From NCBI GenBank assembly GCA_004376895.1, contig SOIH01000236.1:6452-70451 (forward strand): a stretch of 64,000 bases of DNA, in the 5' to 3' direction. Under the pieces are notes generated by a model. It was not told the origin of the DNA, did not search any database, and saw only the letters and a program-made list of their open reading frames with translations. Shown here piece after piece: positions 55,522-62,934 of this stretch (positions are counted from its first letter, which is position 1; each line of letters opens with the position of its first letter). The translations under genes and the position numbers were made by a program. The DNA comes from Anaerolineales bacterium. GTDB taxonomy: Bacteria; Chloroflexota; Anaerolineae; Anaerolineales; E44-bin32.

Positions 55522-56697
55522 ATGGTGACAACGTCAAAGCTTGGTAGGATCCTGGTTGTCGACGAGGACCCGGATACTCTCGATCTGCTGGAACGGCAGA
55601 TATTAAGACCCCTTGGCTATCAGGTAGAAACAGCAGGGGACGGGAGCACGGCCATTCAGAAGTCGCTGCAGTTTGGTCCGGACCTGATCATCGCCAGCCT
55701 CACGCTGCCTGGATTGAGCGGGAAGGATCTGCTCGTCGCGTTACGTTCCCAGGGGGCGGATGTTCCGATGATCGTCACTGCGCCCAAGGGGATGGAGGCG
55801 GACGCGATCCAGGCATTTCGCCTGGGAGCACGCGATTACCTTGTGAAGCCGCTTCGTGAAGCGGAGTTTGTCGCTGCTCTAGAACGGGTGATCAAGGAAA
55901 TCCGGCTGCGGCGCGAGCATCGACAACTGGCTGAACAGTTGGCAGAGAGCAATCGCCAATTGGAACGAAGGGTTCGGGAGTTGACGACTCTATTCGGGCT
56001 CGGCAAAACGGTTACTTCAACAACGCATCAGGGGCAGCTATTTGCAAAACTAATCGAAGGGAGTCTGTATATCACCGAGGCGGACTTGGGGTGGGTTTTG
56101 CTCAAGAAAGAAGGGTCCGATCAGCTTGTATTGCGGGCGGAGATGAATCTTCCCGATGGAGCTGCAAAGAAATTACATCAACCCTGGGATGATGGCATCA
56201 GTTCGCTCGTCATGCTTTCCGGTGAAGCGTTGTCAATTCATGGAGAAGGGCTAGCGAAGTTCAAGTTGGCGCAGTTCTCAGGTGCAGCCCTCATCGCCCC
56301 TGTTCGTGTCAAGGATCAACCTATTGGAGTGATCAGCGTGGGGCGTAAAGCCCCAAGACCTTTCACGGAAAGACAGCTGGTGATGTTGGAGGCGGTTGCT
56401 GACTACGCCTCGATTTCTCTCGTAAATGCCAAGTTGTTCGAGGCGTTAGAAGATCGCGCCCAGCGCCTTGAGAGAGAAATTCAACGCTCGACAGAACGAG
56501 ACCAGGTTGAAGCGAAGTGGCTGAGGGACGTTCACCGCAGTTTGCGGGCGGCACAAGCTGAGATTGCCAGCTTGATGAGCAAGCGCCAGGCCGCAAGATT
56601 ATCAAAAGAGCTCGGCACGGTTATGCACGATATCGAATCTGTCTTGGATGGAATTTCAAACATTGTAGAAGAGAGGTCCGGAGATTCCACTACGTAA
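55522..56697 (+). CDS. Response regulator: REC + coiled coil + GAF
   Basis: ILVVDEDPDTLDLL...IIASLTLPGLSGKDL...YLVKP, then a GAF-like region (PIGVISVGRKAPRPFTERQLVMLEAVADYASISLVNAKLF). Confidence 0.8.
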   Translation: MVTTSKLGRILVVDEDPDTLDLLERQILRPLGYQVETAGDGSTAIQKSLQFGPDLIIASLTLPGLSGKDLLVALRSQGADVPMIVTAPKGMEADAIQAFRLGARDYLVKPLREAEFVAALERVIKEIRLRREHRQLAEQLAESNRQLERRVRELTTLFGLGKTVTSTTHQGQLFAKLIEGSLYITEADLGWVLLKKEGSDQLVLRAEMNLPDGAAKKLHQPWDDGISSLVMLSGEALSIHGEGLAKFKLAQFSGAALIAPVRVKDQPIGVISVGRKAPRPFTERQLVMLEAVADYASISLVNAKLFEALEDRAQRLEREIQRSTERDQVEAKWLRDVHRSLRAAQAEIASLMSKRQAARLSKELGTVMHDIESVLDGISNIVEERSGDSTT

Positions 56698-56789
56698 GAT
56701 CTCTGGATAACCAAACAGTCCACTGTGATGTTTAAAACCACACCTTCTATCACCCTGTAATTCCAAAATAAAGAGAGAGTAAATAAGGA

Positions 56790-58709
56790 ATGAGCGGGGA
56801 ATTAATTCTTATCGCTGAAGATAACGGAGACATCCGTCGGTCCATTGAGGAGGCCATCCTTAAGCCAGCCGGCTATTCTGTACATTCTGTTGGGGATGGT
56901 ATGTCCGCCCTCGCTTTGGTGGGTGAATTGCAGCCGGACTTGGTGTTGACGGACTATCGGATGCCCAACATCAATGGTCTTGAGCTAATAAAAAAACTAC
57001 AGCACGACTTCCCTGAAGTTCCAGTTATTCTGATGACGAGTGATGTGTCCAGCCAGCTTGTGCTGGATTCCATGCGTGCTGGCGCTGTGGATTTTCTAAC
57101 AAAGCCCTTTGAGGCGGAGCACCTGCTTTCAGCCGTAGGGCGAGCCATTAAAAGGGGTAGACGTCTACAGGATCTGCAGCGGGTTGGAGAAAAAGCCCAT
57201 GGAGACGCCAAGTCGCTTGCGCGGCGTCTGTATGAATTAGAGACGCTCGCCCTCGTCGGGCGAACAGTTACCGCCCTATTGGATATTGATACGGTACTCA
57301 CAACAGTGGTGGAAGCCGCCGTGAAACTCACGGGAGCGGAGGAGGGGAGTCTGCTATTGTTGGATGAGGAATCCGGCGAACTATACATGCGAGCTTCTCA
57401 GAACTTCGATGAAGATTTTGCAAGCACCTTCAGGTTACATGTACGCGATTCGCTCGCCGGGCAGGTGATGGCGATGGGCAAGCCTATACTGGTCGATGAA
57501 CGCTCTCCTCAAAAAATCAAAACAGCGTATCTAGTCCACTCGTTAATTTATGTTCCTTTACAAGTGCGCGGGAAGACGATCGGCGTTCTTGGGGTGGACA
57601 ATCGCAAGGCGGGTCGAGCCCTCTGCCAGGATGATGTTACGGTAATGATGGCAATGGCGGACTACGCCGCTATCGCGATTGAGAACGCGCAGCTTTACAA
57701 TCGGACTGAAGCTGAACGGTCCAAACTTGAGACGATCCTCACGCAAACTGAAAACGGCGTTATCGTCGTCGATCATGAGAATCGACTATTGCTTATTAAT
57801 TACGCCGCGAGAGAGGCATTTAACGTCAATGGGGATTTCATTGGGCGCTCTGTAGTTGAAGCGATTGATGAACCCCTTCTCTTAGAGCTGCTCCGCTCGC
57901 CTGGACCATCTCCGCGCCGCGAGGAGATCACTTTATCTGACGGGCGAGTGTTCAACTTGCACCGCACCCCAATTCGGGGTGTTGGTCAGTCTGTGTTGAT
58001 GTATGACATCACGCATCTAAAAAAACTCGACCGAATAAAATCCGAGTTTGTGACAACGGTTTCGCATGACCTTCGGTCGCCGCTCACAGCAATCCTCGGT
58101 TATATCGAGCTTGTCGATCAAGAGGGACCTCTCACCGATCAACAGCGGGAATTTGTGCACCGGGTGAGATTGAGCGTTGAGCAAATCTCTCGTCTTGTGG
58201 CAGACTTGCTAGACTTAGGTCGGATTGAGGCGGGGTTGGACACGAGGAAAGAAGACACGCCGATTTCTGTATTAGCTCGCTATGCCTTGCAGGGTCTGGC
58301 GAGCACGGCCAAGGTCAAGAAAATAACCCTTCAGGTTGACCTACAGGAGAAGCTGTCTTTGGTCCATGGTGACCCCATACGTCTTCGACAGGTGATAGCG
58401 AACCTGTTAGAGAACGCGCTGAAGTACACGCCACCCGGCGGCCGAGTCGTCCTGGATGCCCATGAAGAGGATAATCAGATTATTATATGCATATCTGATA
58501 CTGGTCCGGGGATCCCGCCGGCGGATCAGCCCTACCTGTTTGATAAATTCTTCCGGGCGAGCAATGTGCCGGAGGAAGCGCGCGGAACGGGGTTGGGTCT
58601 CTCGATCGTAAAATCTATCGTTGAGCAGCACGACGGGCGGATCTGGGTAGAATCGGAGTTGGGCAAGGGAGCGACCTTCACTGTTGTATTGCCCGTGTCG
58701 AATAAATAA
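56790..58709 (+). CDS. Hybrid sensor kinase: REC-GAF-PAS-HisKA-HATPase_c
   Basis: LILIAEDNGDIRR...VLTDYRMPNINGLEL (REC), a GAF block, a PAS-like block, H-box SHDLRSPL, and GTGLGLSIVKSIVEQHDGRIWVESELGKGATF. Confidence 0.88.
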   Translation: MSGELILIAEDNGDIRRSIEEAILKPAGYSVHSVGDGMSALALVGELQPDLVLTDYRMPNINGLELIKKLQHDFPEVPVILMTSDVSSQLVLDSMRAGAVDFLTKPFEAEHLLSAVGRAIKRGRRLQDLQRVGEKAHGDAKSLARRLYELETLALVGRTVTALLDIDTVLTTVVEAAVKLTGAEEGSLLLLDEESGELYMRASQNFDEDFASTFRLHVRDSLAGQVMAMGKPILVDERSPQKIKTAYLVHSLIYVPLQVRGKTIGVLGVDNRKAGRALCQDDVTVMMAMADYAAIAIENAQLYNRTEAERSKLETILTQTENGVIVVDHENRLLLINYAAREAFNVNGDFIGRSVVEAIDEPLLLELLRSPGPSPRREEITLSDGRVFNLHRTPIRGVGQSVLMYDITHLKKLDRIKSEFVTTVSHDLRSPLTAILGYIELVDQEGPLTDQQREFVHRVRLSVEQISRLVADLLDLGRIEAGLDTRKEDTPISVLARYALQGLASTAKVKKITLQVDLQEKLSLVHGDPIRLRQVIANLLENALKYTPPGGRVVLDAHEEDNQIIICISDTGPGIPPADQPYLFDKFFRASNVPEEARGTGLGLSIVKSIVEQHDGRIWVESELGKGATFTVVLPVSNK

Positions 58710-58734
58710 GGATTGGAAGGCGTGAAAATAAGTA

Positions 58735-58768
58735 GCGTGTGATCCACGAGTCACACGCCCTTTCTTTT
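58735..58768 (+). terminator. Rho-independent terminator after the hybrid kinase gene
   Basis: 8-bp stem GCGTGTGA / TCACACGC, 8-nt loop, then CCTTTCTTTT. Confidence 0.7.
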
Positions 58769-59079
58769 AAATGGCACCTCCGCCGGCGTGGTGAGGGGTA
58801 CCCGGCGGAGGCTTTCGCCAAAGGAGGAGACAGCGATGAGCATAGGTTTGCCCCGTCTCTCGTCTCCGAGCGTTATAATACTTGGGCGTTAATGGACGAG
58901 CCATTGAAGAAGATCATTGGCGCCTCGTGACTTTCTTCCCCGCATTGAGGTCTGTTAAAATCACAATCTTACAGGAACCGTTTTATGTGGAGCTATTTTG
59001 GTCGCAAACCCAGAACGGCAGCAGGAAAGTCGCTGCGCTTCCCCGAGATGTCTCCAAACAAGTGATCTAATTTCATTGT

Positions 59080-60318
59080 ATGGATGAAGAAAAAAGACTC
59101 CAGCAGCGTTTGCAGCGCATCGGGCGAAAGAAGGCAACCCGAACGCCTCCACTCGAGAAGGCCAGGCGAGACGTTTCAGGATTGCACCCTGGGGAGCCAC
59201 ATGAAACACCGCATGGCGCAGCATATATCATAGAAACTCAATATCCAAGAACTCACGAGCACGGTTCAAGTCCATTAAGCTTGTTGACGCCTTTCGAGTC
59301 AAGGTCGGCCGCAGAGATCGCTGCGGACCCCTCCCTTGAGGGGCTCAGCTTGGAGGGTCTTGTCTTTCTCGACACCGAAACCACCGGGCTGGCAGGAGGG
59401 GCGGGGACGGTTGCATTCCTTGTTGGGGTCGGGAAGTTCATCGAAGGAGAGTTCTGGTTGCGGCAGTATTTTCTGCGCGATCTTGGCGAAGAGCAGGCTA
59501 TGCTGCATGCCATTGAGGGCGATCTCGAATCCAGCGCAGGTTTTGTCACTTTCAATGGTCGGACCTTCGATGTTCCCCTTCTCGAAATACGTTTCACCCT
59601 TGGCATGCGTAAGCGTTTTCCGCTTACGAAGTGGCCACATTTAGACTTACTTTACCCCGCAAGACGGTTGTGGCGCAGAGCGCTACCTGATTGCAGATTA
59701 AACACGATCGAACGCGAGGTTCTTGGAGTCCAAAGAAGTGGAGAGGATGTCTCCGGTGAGCTGATTCCCGGCCTCTATCTGGATTATCTGCGTACGGGCG
59801 ACTCCATGGAGATGGAGCGCGTCATCTACCATAACGCGATGGATATCCTCAGCCTGGTGAGTCTGACTGTAGAGGTCCTGGGTCGTCATCGAACGGATGC
59901 TTTCTCGAATTTATCAGCGTCGGAGGCGTTAGGGGTGGCTCGATGGCACCAGGGTGCAGGAAGGAGCGGGCCAGCGGAATTAGCTTATCGAGCAGCGATT
60001 GAAAGTGGCGATCCCATAGTGCGACTCGAGGCTCTGCGCCATCACACAGCATATTTAAAGCGTCTGGGTCGGCGTGATCAAGCGGTTGATGGATGGGAAC
60101 TGTGGCATACGTTGCAACCGGACGATCCGCGCCCTTGCATCGAATTGGCCATGTATTATGAGTGGCATGCAAGGGACTTGGACATGGGGAAAACCTGGGC
60201 GGAGATCGGGTTGGATTGTTTGTCTAATTGGGCGGACGATTGGCGTTGTGAGGAAATCAGCAAAGACCTTCAGCATCGAATCAGTCGCCTGAAAAGGAAA
60301 TTAGAGACCCGCTCCTGA
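59080..60318 (+). CDS. YprB-like RNase H-fold (DEDD exonuclease-like) domain + TPR-like C-terminus
   Basis: LVFLDTETTGLAGGAGTVAFLVG...FNGRTFDVPLLE...YHNAMDILSL, with helical repeats at the C-terminus. Confidence 0.6.
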   Translation: MDEEKRLQQRLQRIGRKKATRTPPLEKARRDVSGLHPGEPHETPHGAAYIIETQYPRTHEHGSSPLSLLTPFESRSAAEIAADPSLEGLSLEGLVFLDTETTGLAGGAGTVAFLVGVGKFIEGEFWLRQYFLRDLGEEQAMLHAIEGDLESSAGFVTFNGRTFDVPLLEIRFTLGMRKRFPLTKWPHLDLLYPARRLWRRALPDCRLNTIEREVLGVQRSGEDVSGELIPGLYLDYLRTGDSMEMERVIYHNAMDILSLVSLTVEVLGRHRTDAFSNLSASEALGVARWHQGAGRSGPAELAYRAAIESGDPIVRLEALRHHTAYLKRLGRRDQAVDGWELWHTLQPDDPRPCIELAMYYEWHARDLDMGKTWAEIGLDCLSNWADDWRCEEISKDLQHRISRLKRKLETRS

Positions 60319-60343
60319 AGGCGGATTGCGAACAAGAACCATA

Positions 60344-60511
60344 TCAACTGCTTGTAGAAAAAACTATAGCACCGGGCTGTGCTCCACGCGTGGGCCATGG
60401 GATGTAAATCGCATCCACCTCACCATGACGAACTACCTGATAGGAGCAGGAAGAACCGGTTGAGTTCGCGGCCAATCCCCCCTCCGAAGCGGATGTGCGG
60501 ATCTCCCGCAT
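60344..60511 (-). CDS. Unannotated 55-aa ORF with consensus Shine-Dalgarno
   Basis: AGGAGG (60523-60518), 6 nt, ATG 60511. Translation is MREIRTSASEGGLAANSTGSSCSYQVVRHGEVDAIYIPWPTRGAQPGAIVFSTSS, with TGA at 60346-60344. It is below the 60-aa cutoff of the ORF track and has no recognisable family. Confidence 0.3.
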   Translation of the reverse strand: MREIRTSASEGGLAANSTGSSCSYQVVRHGEVDAIYIPWPTRGAQPGAIVFSTSS

Positions 60512-60729
60512 CCTTAACCTCCTACAGTTTTAGAACCCGCAGGATGGTTTATGGCATATTATGTACAGGAGCCATCACATATAGCTTCTACGGCCGATGA
60601 TATCCGCGGTTATGTAACTTCTCCTAGGTTTTGGGGGTTGGAACGCCTTCGTACATACCGACTCCACCTGTAGACATAAGTCGAGATCTAGATCCCCGTT
60701 TACTTTCTCGAGAACTGGTATTTACACCG

Positions 60730-61578
60730 TCAGGAAGTTCGAGGCCGGGCTTTACCGGAGACCTCATCAAGTTCTTGTTTGACAGCATGGTAGAGATGGT
60801 CGGCTTTTAGCTCGTGCAGCGTATAGCATGGGCCGCCCAGATGATCCGCCAGACCCTGGGCCAGACCTTGGTCGAACGCGGCGTGCTCCATATTGATCAC
60901 GACCGAACGTACTCCTTGGTCGCGGAGGCGCTCAGCCACTCGATGCGCCTCCTCCTGAGGCTGCAGATCGCCCATCGAGACATTACCTGCGCCATCCGTG
61001 AGGAGGACCATTAATGGGAGTACTTCGGGGTGGGTGTTTGTCTCCTTGCGGAAGACTTCGCTTGCTAGATTCAAGCCGGCCGAAAGCGGGGTTTTTCCGC
61101 CGACTGGGATATCTGCCAGGGCGCGGTGAGCAAGATGGACGGAATTCGTCGGTGGCATCACGGTCAGGGCGCGATCTTTTTGGAAGACGATCAGCCCTAC
61201 ACGATCCCTGCGTTGGTAAGCATCTGTGATTAGAGAAAGGATGGCGCCTTTAGTTGCCGACATCCGTTCAGCGACGGCCATCGACCAGGATGCATCCACG
61301 ACGAAGAGGATAAGGTTTGGTGCGCGGCTGACACGAACCTTGCGCTGCAGATCCGAGGGGAGAATGGCGAAGGAGACGTGTTTGCGTTGTTCACTGCGCG
61401 AGCGTTGGTGTGGAGCAGCGGCGCGGATGGTCGCATCAAATGCGATATCAGCGGTCTTTTCTTTTACCGGTCTTGCCTGGATGTATCGTCCGCGTTTTTG
61501 TTCGGTTCGAGTGCGGGTCCGTCGTCCGCTCTGACGACGAGTCAGGCGATCGATGTGCCCTTCGAGTTTGCGCGGCAC
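60730..61578 (-). CDS. VWA-domain protein equivalent to the C-terminal half of Mg-chelatase subunit D (ChlD/BchD)
   Basis: GRYIQARP...DIAFDATIRAAAPHQRS, then MIDAS VVDASWSM. The listed GTG start has no good RBS, and the same frame is open a further 50 codons upstream to the A9 run in chlI. Confidence 0.8.
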   Translation of the reverse strand: MPRKLEGHIDRLTRRQSGRRTRTRTEQKRGRYIQARPVKEKTADIAFDATIRAAAPHQRSRSEQRKHVSFAILPSDLQRKVRVSRAPNLILFVVDASWSMAVAERMSATKGAILSLITDAYQRRDRVGLIVFQKDRALTVMPPTNSVHLAHRALADIPVGGKTPLSAGLNLASEVFRKETNTHPEVLPLMVLLTDGAGNVSMGDLQPQEEAHRVAERLRDQGVRSVVINMEHAAFDQGLAQGLADHLGGPCYTLHELKADHLYHAVKQELDEVSGKARPRTS

Positions 61579-61703
61579 GAAAGAACGACCAACCTTAACT
61601 TTATCGCCGCCTTCCCACCAGCGAGCATGAATGGTTTCGGGTGTGGATTGTCGAACCGGCGCAGAGGATCCCTGCTCTATTGAGGTTTCAGCATCGTCAT
61701 CGG

Positions 61704-62816
61704 CTAGGCTTGCTGGAGGTCTTTTTTTTTATCGGCAGGTTCTTCGGTGCCATCTGATGTTTCTGCGCTCTCGCCGCCACTATTGAGGTCAGACTGGATC
61801 TGCTCAATCAAGTTCTCGATATTTTCGATATTGACATCTGCTTGCTGAAAAGGTCCGCGTCGCAGACGGTGTGGGAGGGCTAATTCTGCGGCGAGCGCGA
61901 TGTCGTGCTCGTTGATATACCTGCGCCCCTCGAAAGCGGCGTGAGCACGTGCGGCTTTGAGAATCACAAGGTCTGCCCGGTGGCCGTCCACTTGAAGGGA
62001 AGATGTGAGGGCGGCGATCGATAGTAAATCGCGCTTGGTGTAGGTTACATCATTGAGTATTTTGCGCGCGGCGGCAATCTCGTTGGAGAGCTTTTCTTCC
62101 TGATCTAGCCATTGGTCGCGAAAAGCCTCTGGTTCCGCCTCAAACTCCAGATTGCGTTCCATGATAGAAACACGATCGCGCGGGTCGGGCAAACCGCGTA
62201 TCTCTACGGAGAGTGCGAATCGGTCAAGTAGCTGCGGGCGCAGGTCACCCTCTTCCGGGTTCATCGTTCCGACAAGGATGTAGCGGGCGGGGTGTGTAAA
62301 CGAGATCCCTTCACGCTCCACGAAATTCATACCCAATGCGGCGGAGTCTAAGAGGAGATCGACGACATGATCGTCAAGCAGATTTACTTCGTCGATATAT
62401 AGGAGACCTCGGTTGGCTGCGGCGAGGACGCCGGGTTCGAAATGGCGCTCACCTTCCTTAATCGCTCGTTCGATGTCGAGTGTTCCGACAACGCGGTCCT
62501 CAGTGGCCGATACGGGAAGGTCAACAAAGGACGTTTTATGTATTGCGACCGGGAGTTTCTCACCGCGAGCAACGCGCTCACGGCATTCTGTACACAGGCT
62601 TGTCGTTTGTTGAGGATCGCAATCAAATCGGCAATCTGCGACGACCTCCACTTCTGGGAGAAGTACGGCCAACGCACGTGCGGCGGTGGATTTAGCCGTG
62701 CCACGCTCGCCGCGGATCAATACGCCTCCGATGCGAGGGTTGACGGCGTTCAGAATCAGGGCACGCCGCATGCGCTCCTGTCCAACAATCGCGGTAAAGG
62801 GATAGACAACTGCCAT
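61704..62816 (-). CDS. chlI: Mg-chelatase subunit I-type AAA+ ATPase (ChlI/BchI family) with acidic C-terminal tail
   Basis: VYPFTAIVGQERMRRALILNAVNPRIGGVLIRGERGTAKS, LYIDEVNLLDDHVVD, GTMNPEEGDLRPQLLDRF. ATG 62816 (MAVVYPF) has AGGTG upstream. The tail is ...GGESAETSDGTEEPADKKKDLQQA. Confidence 0.88.
   Translation of the reverse strand: MAVVYPFTAIVGQERMRRALILNAVNPRIGGVLIRGERGTAKSTAARALAVLLPEVEVVADCRFDCDPQQTTSLCTECRERVARGEKLPVAIHKTSFVDLPVSATEDRVVGTLDIERAIKEGERHFEPGVLAAANRGLLYIDEVNLLDDHVVDLLLDSAALGMNFVEREGISFTHPARYILVGTMNPEEGDLRPQLLDRFALSVEIRGLPDPRDRVSIMERNLEFEAEPEAFRDQWLDQEEKLSNEIAAARKILNDVTYTKRDLLSIAALTSSLQVDGHRADLVILKAARAHAAFEGRRYINEHDIALAAELALPHRLRRGPFQQADVNIENIENLIEQIQSDLNSGGESAETSDGTEEPADKKKDLQQA
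61722..61730 (-). repeat. A9 homopolymer (T9 on + strand) in the last codons of chlI; candidate slippery or indel-prone site
   Basis: The minus strand reads GAT AAA AAA AAA GAC. It is directly visible at 61722-61730. Confidence 0.95.
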
Positions 62817-62871
62817 TTTTACACCTGCGCGCGGATTATACCCTATCCAGTTATCCAAGATAAGTTGAAGG

Positions 62872-62900
62872 TTTACAATAGGGATAAGTGCTTTTATAAT
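62872..62900 (+). promoter_or_regulatory. rpsA promoter (TTTACA-17-TATAAT)
   Basis: TTTACA at 62872-62877, 17-nt spacer, TATAAT at 62895-62900, then a leader with GGAG. Confidence 0.55.
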
Positions 62901-62934
62901 GCGGCTCAACCCATTAAACGGAGATATGATTTAT

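Noticed and set aside
62817-62934. Possible cobalamin riboswitch or photosynthesis-type regulation upstream of chlI.
   Set aside because: The spacer is only 118 nt and is fully accounted for by two divergent promoters and RBSs. No B12-box-like sequence is present, and no bch/chl or cob genes are nearby.
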